Assembly (NCBI GenBank): GCA_050633305.1
Contig: JBOEGF010000014.1
Span: 1 to 64,000 of the forward strand
Length of the DNA: 64,000 nucleotides
From: Nannocystales bacterium
GTDB lineage: Bacteria; Myxococcota_A; Polyangia; Nannocystales; Nannocystaceae
Direction: 5' to 3'
The notes under the pieces are model-generated. The model did not search any database, had not been told where the DNA came from, and saw nothing but the letters and a program-made list of their open reading frames with translations. Below, one piece after another: positions 1 through 9,265 of the stretch. Position numbers and translations under genes: made by a program. How positions within the stretch are numbered: the first letter of the stretch is position 1; every line of letters starts with the position of its first letter.

Positions 1-118
1 CGAATTGAGGACACCCCCTAGACCAACAGCCGCCGCGACATCGCGGTTGGGGAATCCAGATTTCGCCGGGAACTGAGGCTCGGCCCAAACAAAAGCCTCG
101 AACGAAAGAGACACGACC

Positions 119-739
119 ATGCGCGAGATCAAGAACAGGTTTCCCACCCGAAACGCCGGACTCGGCGGCTGCGGAGGCAGTTGCAACACCCAAAGCCACG
201 CAGAGGCTCGGCACGAGAAGAAGTGCCGGTCGCAGCGGATCCCGCTGTACCTCGACCTTCCTCTCCCTACCGTGGACGGGGCGGGAGCCGTCACCTCTGC
301 TGCGATCGAGAACCTGGTCCCCGATCACGACGGAGATTGCTTCGACCCTGACACGATCTTCCTCACCGCGGAGTACATCAACGAAGACGGGAACCTGACG
401 GACGCCAACGAGGTGTACGTCCGGTTCGTCAAGATCGGGAAGAAGAGCTTCGACTGCTTGTCGCAAGACGAGGAGCGCGGCGTTCAGGTCCTGGCGTACT
501 CGCAGCCGGATTGTTGCGACGGCATCGAGTTCTGCGTGCCGCCGTTCTCGAACAAGGACAAGTCCAAGGACTTGCTGACGATCGAGATCGTCAACCGCCA
601 GACCGAGACTCTCAACGACGGCTCCACCGTGGGTCGGCCCGTGCGGATCCGGGGGTTCCTCAAGGGCGCCTGTATCAACAGCGGCTACCAGTCCGCGTGT
701 CCGGAGCCGCCCGCGGTCCCAGCCACCCCCGCCGCTTGA
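119..739 (+). CDS. Cys-rich beta-sandwich protein, candidate single jelly-roll capsid protein
   Basis: 206 aa, 10 Cys; alternating beta-strand pattern (FDPDTIFLTA, VYVRFVKIG, LLTIEIVN, VRIRGFLKG); first gene of the visible structural operon. Fold is inference. Confidence 0.45.
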   Translation: MREIKNRFPTRNAGLGGCGGSCNTQSHAEARHEKKCRSQRIPLYLDLPLPTVDGAGAVTSAAIENLVPDHDGDCFDPDTIFLTAEYINEDGNLTDANEVYVRFVKIGKKSFDCLSQDEERGVQVLAYSQPDCCDGIEFCVPPFSNKDKSKDLLTIEIVNRQTETLNDGSTVGRPVRIRGFLKGACINSGYQSACPEPPAVPATPAA

Positions 740-780
740 GCGCGGCAGTCTGCTCAATCCTGCAACCGAACAGGTAGCGA

Positions 781-1494
781 ATGACCACGTGTGCACAGCC
801 GGTGATCTCTGCCGGGCAGCCCGTCTGCACCTCCGATTCAGGAGAGAGTGCTGTGCACGCGTTCGGGGCGTTCTCGCCGTTTGGCGCCACGTGGCGGCCG
901 ATCGGTCATTGGGACTTCGGTGACAAGTGCAAAGAGGAGCGGCTCTTCTCGCTCCGCTTCGACGTGTCCTCCCAGCTACGCGCCGCGGGGCCCCATACGC
1001 CGGTGGAGTACCCGCTCCGCGAACTCGCCACGGCCTCGTCGCAGGGACATCTTCGACTTCTCGTCTCTGCCTCGCGGCGCGACGGGCGATCCCTCACCGA
1101 GTTCTTCTGCGACGCTTCCGGCGTCGACATCTACGCGGATCACGTTCACGTCGAGCTCTGGGCGCCCGAGGCGATGGGCTCGGCCCGAGGAGACTCTCAA
1201 GCATCGCAAGGGGCGAGCCTGGGCGTGCTCGATGAGGTCTTCGCCCCGTCCGTGACCCGGATCGGCTCTGCACTCCGCGGGACTGCAACCCTTCACACCT
1301 ACGCGCAGGCAGCGGAGCCGCACCCGGTTCCACCCTGCGCGATTCGCTACGCCGTCCTCAGCGGTGAGCAACCCGACTTCCTGATCTCCGGGGCAACCGT
1401 CGCCGCCGGAGCTCCCGCTTCGGGGGCCGTTGGTGGCGTCACCGGACTCCGCCTGACGGCCGACAGCGTGATCGCATGGGAGGTGGCACCGTGA
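781..1494 (+). CDS. Hypothetical beta-rich protein (possible minor capsid/vertex protein)
   Basis: 237 aa ORF whose stop overlaps the next start (TGATG); function inferred from position only. Confidence 0.5.
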   Translation: MTTCAQPVISAGQPVCTSDSGESAVHAFGAFSPFGATWRPIGHWDFGDKCKEERLFSLRFDVSSQLRAAGPHTPVEYPLRELATASSQGHLRLLVSASRRDGRSLTEFFCDASGVDIYADHVHVELWAPEAMGSARGDSQASQGASLGVLDEVFAPSVTRIGSALRGTATLHTYAQAAEPHPVPPCAIRYAVLSGEQPDFLISGATVAAGAPASGAVGGVTGLRLTADSVIAWEVAP

Positions 1495-1937
1495 TGACCC
1501 TCGGCTTCGTCACCCAGCGGGCCTCGGACTCGCAGCTTCGGGCATTGCTTGAGCTGGTGACGCGGGAGAACACCGCGTTCTTCCTCGACCGCATCCGCCA
1601 GGGCCAGGAGACGCCCAGCACCTCCGAGGCCGCCGTTCGCTACTGCCCGGACCAGGCGGCGCACGAGGTGATGCTCCTCGACGCGGCGACGCTACTCGAC
1701 CAGGGCGTCGGGAGCTGCGGGTCGCTGGCTGTCTACGAGGCAGGCCTGCGCCGCGCGCTTGCCCAGTCCAACGGCACGCCAGCCGCGGTGGCCAGCGGAC
1801 GCTTCGGCCCCGTCGTGATTCCTCGTCCAAACCACCAGGGCGTGGACTACTGGCACGCCGTCGTACGAACGCCGAGCGGACTCTTCGACCCTAGCCGCCA
1901 CCTTCAGCAGGTGTGCGTGACCCCGAGCTACGCATGA
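1494..1937 (+). CDS. Transglutaminase-like (papain-fold) protein
   Basis: Putative Cys-His-Asp triad in GSCGSLA...YWHAVV...FDPS; coupled to neighbours. Confidence 0.6.
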   Translation: MTLGFVTQRASDSQLRALLELVTRENTAFFLDRIRQGQETPSTSEAAVRYCPDQAAHEVMLLDAATLLDQGVGSCGSLAVYEAGLRRALAQSNGTPAAVASGRFGPVVIPRPNHQGVDYWHAVVRTPSGLFDPSRHLQQVCVTPSYA

Positions 1938-3019
1938 GCGCCGAGACCAGCATCGCCAAGGGCTCGAAAGCCGACCTGGAGAAGGCTCGCAAGCGGAAGA
2001 TCGCGTGGCGCATTGGTGGCGTCGTGGGTGCGACTGCACTTGTCGCCGGGATCCTGCTGTTCTCGGGGAACGCGAAGGCGGACGAGGGGAAGCGCCTCAA
2101 GGCACCCCCACGGAAGACGCCCGAGAAAACCCCGAAGAAGAAACTGCCGAAGACGCCGAAGCCCCCCAAGACGCCCAAAGGCGGAGGTGGCGGAAAGAAC
2201 AACGGCGGCACCGAAGGCCCCGGCGGCGGTGGTGGAGGCAAGGACGGCGCGAACCGGACGAACCCCGACGGTGGGAACGACGGCGCAAACCGGACGAACC
2301 CCGACGACGGAAGCAAGGACGGTTCGAACCGAACGAATCCGAAGCCCGTGGGCCCCGACCCCGGTCCAGAAGACCTGCCGGACTACTACAACGACGAGAA
2401 CCCCGACCCAGGAGGGTTCTATCAGGTCACCCACGGCGGAGAGGATGCCAAGGGTCTCCTCAACATCGCGAACCGATACGCGCTGACCAGCCTGTTTCTC
2501 GCGGCGCGGAACGTCGGCGGCCTGTCCCGAGACGAGGCCATCGCGTGGGCACAAGCCAACGCTCCGGGCCCCGCGAAGCTCCGCGAGTGGGCGGACTACA
2601 TTCTCTGTGTCGCCTGGAACGACGTGCACTACGGAAGCTTCCGGGTCACATCGAACAACCGCCGGGGCCCGCACGGGCGAGGCATTCCGTTCTCGCCGAT
2701 GCATGCCGACAACTGGCGACGCATCCGCGAGGGCCGGAGCACACTGCGGAACGTACGCCTGCACTCGGCAAACGAGTCCGGCACCCCATCCAACCTCGGA
2801 CAGGGCGACCAGAAGCTCCCGTTGATGTGGATGCCACAGCTCGACGAGCGGGTGCTGTGGGAGTCGGGCGGCAAAGTTCTTCGCGCCGGGGGGAACTGGG
2901 CCAACGGATACAGCTACTACTTCCCGCCTCCGATCGTGATGCGGTTGAGCATCGAGGACCCGACGGACGCGAACCTGGGGATCTGGGGATGCGGCGAAGG
3001 CGAGGCCGACTATGGCTGA
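1934..3019 (+). CDS. N-terminally membrane-anchored protein with Lys/Pro/Gly linker, DG(A/S)NRTNP repeats and a possible degenerate LysM-like segment
   Basis: TM IGGVVGATALVAGILLF then AKADEG; FYQVTHGG...LLNIANRY resembles a LysM start; ATGA overlap with previous gene. Confidence 0.7.
   Translation: MSAETSIAKGSKADLEKARKRKIAWRIGGVVGATALVAGILLFSGNAKADEGKRLKAPPRKTPEKTPKKKLPKTPKPPKTPKGGGGGKNNGGTEGPGGGGGGKDGANRTNPDGGNDGANRTNPDDGSKDGSNRTNPKPVGPDPGPEDLPDYYNDENPDPGGFYQVTHGGEDAKGLLNIANRYALTSLFLAARNVGGLSRDEAIAWAQANAPGPAKLREWADYILCVAWNDVHYGSFRVTSNNRRGPHGRGIPFSPMHADNWRRIREGRSTLRNVRLHSANESGTPSNLGQGDQKLPLMWMPQLDERVLWESGGKVLRAGGNWANGYSYYFPPPIVMRLSIEDPTDANLGIWGCGEGEADYG
2243..2341 (+). repeat. Three in-frame copies of a DG(A/S)NRTNP coding repeat
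   Basis: Copies start at 2243, 2279 and 2318. Confidence 0.85.
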
Positions 3020-3803
3020 GCCACTCGTACAACGTGGCCTCGATTGGCTGTCGGACTTCGGGGACTTCATCTCCGACGCTGGCGACGCGTTGCCCTTCGA
3101 TACCAGCGTGCCACCGCGCCGGGAGGAAGTCCCGCCGGGAATGTACGACGTGGGCACGATCGTTCGCGGGTACCAGCTCGAGTGGCTCGGAGAGGCGCCC
3201 AACCACGCGACGCCGTTGGAGCTCCACGAGCTTCTCCTGACGCTCGACAAGCTGACCCGGCAGCTCGAGGCATCGATCTCGGACCATGCCGAGACATCGG
3301 TGGAGCGCGTCGTGAAGTTGGGCCTGATGGGCGCGGGGCTGTGGATCGTGACCGACAAGGCACGGCGCGGCGAGCAGCGGAGCCTCCAGCAAGTCGAGAC
3401 GGACTTGAAGCGATGGCGGGCGCGGCTCGACGACTACATTGCGAAGGTCGAGGCGGTCATGCCCGAGCGCGAGCAGGACCGACGATCGGTGCTGTGGGGC
3501 GTGACGGCCCCCCTCTTCCTCGGTTGGTACGGCGGACCCAGTGGCGTCGAGATCCCGGTCGTCGGTCAGTCCGAGACCTTCGACCCGGCTCGGAAGGCAC
3601 CGCATCTCATCGACCTCGGTACGCCGTACCGGATCGCCAACCAGCTCGGGGTTTGGCTCGACTGGAACCGTCGGCGCCCGGAGCTGCTCAAGGAAGACCT
3701 CAAGAACGACAGCAAGGACCTCGGGCTGGCGTTCGGGCTGGGCCTGCTCGGACTCGGTGTCGGGGCAGCAGGTGTCCATTTGGCGACAAGGAAACGCTCG
3801 TGA
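3012..3803 (+). CDS. Hypothetical protein with C-terminal membrane anchor
   Basis: 263 aa ending LGLAFGLGLLGLGVGAAGVHLATRKRS. Confidence 0.75.
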   Translation: MAEPLVQRGLDWLSDFGDFISDAGDALPFDTSVPPRREEVPPGMYDVGTIVRGYQLEWLGEAPNHATPLELHELLLTLDKLTRQLEASISDHAETSVERVVKLGLMGAGLWIVTDKARRGEQRSLQQVETDLKRWRARLDDYIAKVEAVMPEREQDRRSVLWGVTAPLFLGWYGGPSGVEIPVVGQSETFDPARKAPHLIDLGTPYRIANQLGVWLDWNRRRPELLKEDLKNDSKDLGLAFGLGLLGLGVGAAGVHLATRKRS

Positions 3804-4657
3804 CGACGACCAAGACAACGAAGAAAGACCTGCCTGGAAAGTCGAAGAAGGGCCTGTGGGCTCTGGCGATTGGCGGTGGTGCCGTCGCGGCAGGGCTGGG
3901 CGCCTTCTTCTTCACACGTGACGCCAAGGCCGACGAAGGCAGCGGGAAGAAGTCCAAGGGAGCTGGCACCGGCGGCGGGAAGAAGTCGGCCGGGAAGAGG
4001 TCCGGCGGCGGCGGCAAGAAGAAGTCCGGTGGCTCCAGCGGGCCCGGCGGAAACGACCGGGGCGGCTCCGGCAGTGGGGACTCGAGCGAGCCGACCGAAG
4101 ACACCGACGAAACGCCCGAGGTGAAGAGCGATCGGGAAGGCTACTTCTGGGGAGACCCGCAGAAGATTCCCGAGGACTTCGACTACGGGAGCAACCAGAT
4201 CTACGTGTCCCCGGATTGCTCGACGGTCGCCGTCGGCTACTGGTTCTTCGCCGAGGGCACCGATACCAAGACCGGGAAGTCCACCCGGGTTTCGATGTCG
4301 AAGCTGGTCGACGCGATCAGCAAGGACAGCGACCCGAAGGTGCGACCACCGCGGCCGGACTTCAACGGGATCGGCGCCCAAGCGGACCTGCTGGGCATTC
4401 TGACAGAGCACCCGAAGCGGACGGCGTTCACGTGGGTCGGCGAGTACTACGGCGGTGTCGTCAGTGCGCCGAACCACTCGAGCACACAACTCGCCGAGGA
4501 CCTGTTGCGGCAGGCGTCGATGCGCACGGGAGGCAACGACTGCGTAGCACGGCGCGACCTGTGGTCCCCGGGCATGTGGGACTTCATCGGCTTCGCCGCG
4601 ACCCGTCTCGACGAGTTCCGCATGGCGGCCTACGGCCCGCAGGCGTTCGGAGGATGA
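3800..4657 (+). CDS. N-terminally membrane-anchored protein with Gly/Lys/Ser linker
   Basis: GTG start overlapping previous stop; TM LWALAIGGGAVAAGLGAFFF followed by AKADEG as in 1934..3019. Confidence 0.75.
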   Translation: MTTTKTTKKDLPGKSKKGLWALAIGGGAVAAGLGAFFFTRDAKADEGSGKKSKGAGTGGGKKSAGKRSGGGGKKKSGGSSGPGGNDRGGSGSGDSSEPTEDTDETPEVKSDREGYFWGDPQKIPEDFDYGSNQIYVSPDCSTVAVGYWFFAEGTDTKTGKSTRVSMSKLVDAISKDSDPKVRPPRPDFNGIGAQADLLGILTEHPKRTAFTWVGEYYGGVVSAPNHSSTQLAEDLLRQASMRTGGNDCVARRDLWSPGMWDFIGFAATRLDEFRMAAYGPQAFGG

Positions 4658-5247
4658 CCCCGATGAGCAAGAAAGCATGGATCTGGGGTGGTGTGGCCGT
4701 GGCCGGCGTGGGGGCGACCATTGCGATCGTCGCGGTCTCGCGGCGTGAAAAGCCGAAGAAGGGCGACAAGCGCGTCGACGCGAAGCCCCCCGGCAACGCG
4801 ACGCCGGAGGGAAGCGGCGACGCGGACGGCGTCTTTCGACTCAGCGGGGCAGGCCTGCGCCAGGTCGCCTGCGACGCGCGGAAGGCAAAGAGTGGTGCGG
4901 AGCTCGCTCGTGTGCTCCGTGGCGTTCAGGATGCCGTGCGGATCTCCGGCGCCAGCAAAGTCGACGCGAGAAACACCGGCTTGGTCACCGAAGTGATGAC
5001 CGCCGAGGCCTTCGACGCCGAGCTCGCGAAGGGCATCCGAGAGGTCGAAGGGATCTCCGGTTTCGCCTGGCTACCGGCGAGCCTCATCGTGAAGAGCAAG
5101 CTATCCGGGCTACCGGAGTGTGACGCTTCTGCGCAGACCTGGGAGGCGGTCGCAGCGGGTGTGGTCCAACAGGCCATGACCATGGAGAGTGTTCCGGAAC
5201 CCATCTGGGGACTTCCGCGGGCGCTCGAGGAGGCCCGAGCCGCGTGA
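4654..5247 (+). CDS. N-terminally membrane-anchored hypothetical protein
   Basis: ATGA overlap; KKAWIWGGVAVAGVGATIAIVAVSRR. Confidence 0.75.
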   Translation: MTPMSKKAWIWGGVAVAGVGATIAIVAVSRREKPKKGDKRVDAKPPGNATPEGSGDADGVFRLSGAGLRQVACDARKAKSGAELARVLRGVQDAVRISGASKVDARNTGLVTEVMTAEAFDAELAKGIREVEGISGFAWLPASLIVKSKLSGLPECDASAQTWEAVAAGVVQQAMTMESVPEPIWGLPRALEEARAA

Positions 5248-5468
5248 GCGACTTCGCAACGACAGCGACGGAACCCCCGGTTCCGGCCACGCCTGCGCAG
5301 ACTCGCGGGGATGGCATCGGGGCTACGATCGGCAAGGCCGTCGTGACCGGCGCCGCGATCTGGGGAACGTATCGTTTCCTCGACTACCTCTTCGCGAAGC
5401 CACCGGAGCCCATCTTCCTGGTTCTCCAAGAGCCGGACGGCTGCACCCCCGAAGAGGTGGACGCGTGA
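5244..5468 (+). CDS. Small membrane protein
   Basis: 74 aa, GTGA overlaps at both ends, central hydrophobic segment. Confidence 0.65.
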   Translation: MSDFATTATEPPVPATPAQTRGDGIGATIGKAVVTGAAIWGTYRFLDYLFAKPPEPIFLVLQEPDGCTPEEVDA

Positions 5469-6073
5469 TCGGTGCACTGACTGTCGGGGCGGGTCTCGGC
5501 GTGTTCGGAGTGACGATGCTCGGGCGAGCGGCGAACCGCACCCTCGAAGGTCGTGAAGTCGCCTCCGTGGACCGTGACCGGTCCGTCGCGGTGCTCCTGA
5601 TCGGTGCTGACCACAGCAGCCGCGTGGAGAAGAGCGTCGACGAGCGGACCGGGGGACGAGGCTTCTCGCACGTGGTCGTCGATGCTTCGGAGCGCGACGA
5701 GACGGGCGCTCGCCTTGTCTACGAATGCTTCCCTCGAGAGGGGGTCCGCCGGATCCGCTTTTCTGAGCGGTACGGCAGCGACGGCACCGAGCGCATGCGT
5801 CCGATGGTGCGGGCGGTGATCCCCCGAGCTTGGGGCGAGAGTGTCCGGGCCAGCCTGAGCGCGCTCGTAGGCCAGGTCTACGACGTGTGGACCGCCTTCC
5901 TTCCTTCGCGGAAGGGGCTGGTGTGCTCGCGCATGGTGCTGCGGGCTCTGCCTCCGGCGCTGACGGCCAACGTGCGGCCGCACAGCGACCGGCACCCGAT
6001 CTCCCCGAACGACTTGGCGCGCGCCTTCGGCGTGTCGTCCCCCCTCTCGCACGACGTGATGGTGACTGCATGA
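5465..6073 (+). CDS. Membrane-anchored permuted papain-like NlpC/P60 enzyme (YiiX/YebB-like)
   Basis: FSHVVVD (His) precedes GQVYD and LVCSRMV (Cys), then PISPNDL; N-terminal TM. Confidence 0.7.
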   Translation: MIGALTVGAGLGVFGVTMLGRAANRTLEGREVASVDRDRSVAVLLIGADHSSRVEKSVDERTGGRGFSHVVVDASERDETGARLVYECFPREGVRRIRFSERYGSDGTERMRPMVRAVIPRAWGESVRASLSALVGQVYDVWTAFLPSRKGLVCSRMVLRALPPALTANVRPHSDRHPISPNDLARAFGVSSPLSHDVMVTA

Positions 6074-6432
6074 GCGAACCCCTCGACAACAAGACCAAGT
6101 GGATCATCGGAGGCGTCCTCGGCGTGGCCGTCATCGGAGGCGGCACCGCGCTGGCGATGTCTCGGAAGCCGAAGTCCACCGAATGGTTCGGATACGAGAT
6201 CCGAATCGAAGAGCGCGAGATCGACGACGCGACGAAACCGTATCGGTGGACCGTTGCGAAGGACGACGAGCTGATCGGTAGCGGCCTGGCGGAGACCCAC
6301 GAGATCGGCGTCGACCTGGCGAAGTCTGCCATCGAAGCGGTCCAGGAGACGAAGGCGTCGGCTCGAGCCGCGGCAAGTGCCGCGAGAGAAGTGTTCGACG
6401 CGGCCTCGGGTGTCACGGGAGGCCTGGGATGA
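6070..6432 (+). CDS. Membrane-anchored small protein with a shared beta3-alpha-like domain
   Basis: TM WIIGGVLGVAVIGGGTALAM; ATGA overlap. Confidence 0.75.
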   Translation: MSEPLDNKTKWIIGGVLGVAVIGGGTALAMSRKPKSTEWFGYEIRIEEREIDDATKPYRWTVAKDDELIGSGLAETHEIGVDLAKSAIEAVQETKASARAAASAAREVFDAASGVTGGLG

Positions 6433-6770
6433 AGGGCGGCTGGATTGCAGCGGGCGTGGGGCTGACGGCGTTGGTCGTCGGCGGAGTCGTCTTCGCGGTC
6501 CGCTCGTCGGGTCCCGACGTGCCGCCGAAGCCCGACGGACTCACGAAGTTCGACTCGGAGGCGTTCGAGTACCGAGGGCTGATCATCGTGCTCGACCGCC
6601 GGGACCCGGAGAAGAAGCCGAAGAAGTGGCGGTGGCGGGTGTTCGACCGCGATGCGTACGGCGACGGCCGGGAGGTCGACGGAAAACAGCGGGCGGCGAT
6701 GTTTGGACAGCGCTCCCGCGCGGTTGCCTACACGAAAGCCGTCGAGTTCATCGACACGAAGATCCTCTGA
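6429..6770 (+). CDS. Membrane-anchored small protein with a shared beta3-alpha-like domain
   Basis: 113 aa; TM WIAAGVGLTALVVGGVVFAV. Confidence 0.75.
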   Translation: MKGGWIAAGVGLTALVVGGVVFAVRSSGPDVPPKPDGLTKFDSEAFEYRGLIIVLDRRDPEKKPKKWRWRVFDRDAYGDGREVDGKQRAAMFGQRSRAVAYTKAVEFIDTKIL

Positions 6771-6781
6771 AAGAAACAAGT

Positions 6782-7714
6782 ATGCCCCTGCCAATCATCA
6801 TTCCTATCGCTGCCCTCGCCATCGGCGGTTCCTTGGGCTTTGCGTTCGGGTCTCGCTCGTGTGCAGCCCGCAACGGCCTGGCGTTCGCCGACCGGGGATG
6901 GTCGGTGCTCGTCGAGCCTGAAGACGGCGCGTGGTCCTGGCAGGCAACGAAAGAGGGGTCGACGCCGGGCGAAGGCGTCGCCAGCTCGAAGATCGAGGCT
7001 CTGGACCAGGCCCGAGCGTGGCTTGCGACGCAGCAGCTCGCGAAGCTCCCGCGGCCCAAGCCGACTCCTGAGAAGACGGCGCCGCCTCCCGTCGGTCCTG
7101 TGGTGGAGCCGCCGAGGCCGCCTGCGCCGGCACCGGTGGGCGGAGGTGCACCGCCGCGGACCATGCCCGCGCCTCCACCGAAGCTCTCGGAGCTCGTGGG
7201 CGGGGGCATCCGGTGGACTGCCTCCAACAACAGCGTCCTCATTGAGGACCTGCAGGAGTTCATCATCGCGGCCTACGGCGCGTCGAACCCTTGGAAGACG
7301 GCGCCGGTCAAGATCGTCCTGTCGGCGATTCAGGCCGCGCTCCCGCAGCTCGACATCGGGACGTACGGGCCGACGTTGACGGTTGTCACGGCCCAGGGGA
7401 ACCCGATGACCGTCGCCGAGGCCGCCAAGCCCGTCGACGAACGGCAGTTCCAGCTCAACAGCCCCGACGTGCCCAAAGAGGCGATCCCATTCGCGGCGGA
7501 CCTCGTGCACGAGGGGGTCTTCGACATCGAGCAGCAGCAGTCGAAGTCTCCGTTCGCGTTCCGTGGTCGACTCCTCGTCGCACGGCCGGTCGCCGGTGGC
7601 TACATCTCGACCATCGTCCTCGATGGGACGGCGTCCAACGGTGATGTCGTGGTGCCGACGGTGGCGGAGGCCATCCAGCTCGGGATCAAGACGGTCATTG
7701 GGGAGGACGAATGA
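6782..7714 (+). CDS. Membrane-anchored Pro-rich protein with two copies of the shared small domain
   Basis: TM IIIPIAALAIGGSLGFAF; A-rich leader; Pro-rich linker. Confidence 0.75.
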   Translation: MPLPIIIPIAALAIGGSLGFAFGSRSCAARNGLAFADRGWSVLVEPEDGAWSWQATKEGSTPGEGVASSKIEALDQARAWLATQQLAKLPRPKPTPEKTAPPPVGPVVEPPRPPAPAPVGGGAPPRTMPAPPPKLSELVGGGIRWTASNNSVLIEDLQEFIIAAYGASNPWKTAPVKIVLSAIQAALPQLDIGTYGPTLTVVTAQGNPMTVAEAAKPVDERQFQLNSPDVPKEAIPFAADLVHEGVFDIEQQQSKSPFAFRGRLLVARPVAGGYISTIVLDGTASNGDVVVPTVAEAIQLGIKTVIGEDE

Positions 7715-8166
7715 TCTCCCGGTCGGAGGTTGAAGGGCTCGTCCGGAATGAGGTGAGCCAGCAGCTTGCCGTCCGCCCGGTGCGGCGCGGCTTCCGGCTG
7801 CCCAAGACCTGGCGCGGCAACGTCCAGGTCAACGTCCGTGCGGCGTCGCTGCTCGGGATCCGGACGCTGTCGGGATTCGTCACCTACGTGCTGGCCAACA
7901 TCGGCGGTGGTGGTGGTGGCTCGTCGGCACCGACCGAGTGCCCTCCATGCGTTGGGCCCGCGACGCGGACCTACAACGCTGCGGGCGTTGTCACGCAGAT
8001 CGAGTACGGAGCTCCAGTCCAGGTCACCGAAGTGATCTCTCGAGACGGCGTCGGACGAATCACCGAGACCGCGACGACGTGGGCCGCTGGGACTCGGACC
8101 TGCACGTTCACCCGCGACGCGCAGGGACGCGTGACGACCACCAACTGCGCCTTCGTGGCGGCCTGA
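7711..8166 (+). CDS. Small protein with YD/RHS-like beta-hairpin repeats
   Basis: TRTYNAAGVVTQI, ISRDGVGRITET and FTRDAQGRVTT after a poly-Gly linker. Confidence 0.6.
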   Translation: MISRSEVEGLVRNEVSQQLAVRPVRRGFRLPKTWRGNVQVNVRAASLLGIRTLSGFVTYVLANIGGGGGGSSAPTECPPCVGPATRTYNAAGVVTQIEYGAPVQVTEVISRDGVGRITETATTWAAGTRTCTFTRDAQGRVTTTNCAFVAA

Positions 8167-8173
8167 GAACCCG

Positions 8174-9256
8174 ATGCGTACCGCAGCCCCAGGACCGACG
8201 GTTCTTCCGTTCGCGACCCGAAGCGTCCGCCGCTTCGTGGACGCGGACGTGTTGCCCGTCGTGACCGCGTTGCGAGTCGACCACGCCGACGCGCTGGGAA
8301 CGGTCCCCAACTCCGTCGCACCGGCACTCGACGCATTGGGAGACCCGATCCCCGGCGTCTATCGGGTCAGCGTAGACACGGCTGCCGTGGCGCTGGGTGC
8401 TCGGGTCGATGTGACCGTGCGCGCGTCGGTGGCTGGGCGGGTTCGGGACACGCCCTGGGAGTGGGTCGTGGGGGAGGGCGAGTTCGTCGACACCCAGCCC
8501 TCGGCGCCCACCAACACGCTCGCTGGGCTCGACGACGACTTCGCCGACAGCTCGATCGATGCGTCTTGGCTGGTCGACCTCGAGGGCGCGACGTTCACCG
8601 AGGGGGCAGGGTTCCTCGACATCTTCCCGGGCGACGGTCCGGGGAGCGGAAACAGCTGGTACGGCAACAACGAGGGCCCGTCGATGACCAAGGAGGTCAC
8701 GGGCGACTTCTCGATGACGGCCGACATCGTCGTCACCAACGACGCTGGCGACGACCTGTACCCGGTCCAAAACAACCGTTTCTTCGTCGGAGGTCTCATC
8801 CTCATCGACCCGACGGGCCCGGACATCAACACCTTCGACCTCTCGGTCGGAATGATCGCGAACGCGTACTCGCTCCGCGTGCAGTCCACCGACGACGGCT
8901 TCAGCACCTACTGGTCGTCTCCAGGCGGACTCGACCAGGGCGGAGTGGCCAACGCCGTCGACGTGCCCGCATACGAGATTGTCCCTGGCGGCGGAGACAC
9001 CGAGATCTCCGCGCGTCTACGGGTCAGCCGGGTGGGTCAGGTTCTGCAGGCCGAGGTCAGCTTCGACGCAGGTGCGACGTGGCCACTCAGCCAGAGCGTC
9101 AACCGTGGCCAGGTTGCCGCCTACGACTCCGGACTCGGCGTACCCGTCGCGATGGGAGCGACCCTTCGCGCTGGCCTGCAGGCCAACTCCGGGTTCGCCA
9201 ACCCCACAGACTTCCGCGCACGGTTCCCGACCGGCGTTTCCTTCCAATCGCTCTGA
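8174..9256 (+). CDS. Adaptor domain plus concanavalin-like lectin/glucanase domain (DUF1349-like); candidate receptor-binding spike
   Basis: DDFADSSIDASW...VTGDFSMTADI...GGLIL...RLRVSRVGQVLQAEVSFDAGATW. Confidence 0.6.
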   Translation: MRTAAPGPTVLPFATRSVRRFVDADVLPVVTALRVDHADALGTVPNSVAPALDALGDPIPGVYRVSVDTAAVALGARVDVTVRASVAGRVRDTPWEWVVGEGEFVDTQPSAPTNTLAGLDDDFADSSIDASWLVDLEGATFTEGAGFLDIFPGDGPGSGNSWYGNNEGPSMTKEVTGDFSMTADIVVTNDAGDDLYPVQNNRFFVGGLILIDPTGPDINTFDLSVGMIANAYSLRVQSTDDGFSTYWSSPGGLDQGGVANAVDVPAYEIVPGGGDTEISARLRVSRVGQVLQAEVSFDAGATWPLSQSVNRGQVAAYDSGLGVPVAMGATLRAGLQANSGFANPTDFRARFPTGVSFQSL

Positions 9257-9265
9257 GAGGACCCC

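Noticed and set aside
22..118. Two hairpins (CCGCGA-CA-TCGCGG; GAGGCT...AGCCTC) in the leader of the first gene
   Set aside because: May be regulatory, but short GC stems are common and I could not match a known RNA family
2243..2341. Spaced repeats that might suggest a CRISPR array or RiPP core repeats
   Set aside because: They are three degenerate in-frame coding repeats in a linker with 12-15 nt gaps; no cas genes or adjacent maturase
7711..8166. RHS/YD toxin system
   Set aside because: Only three YD-like hairpins in 151 aa; no RHS core, toxin or immunity gene
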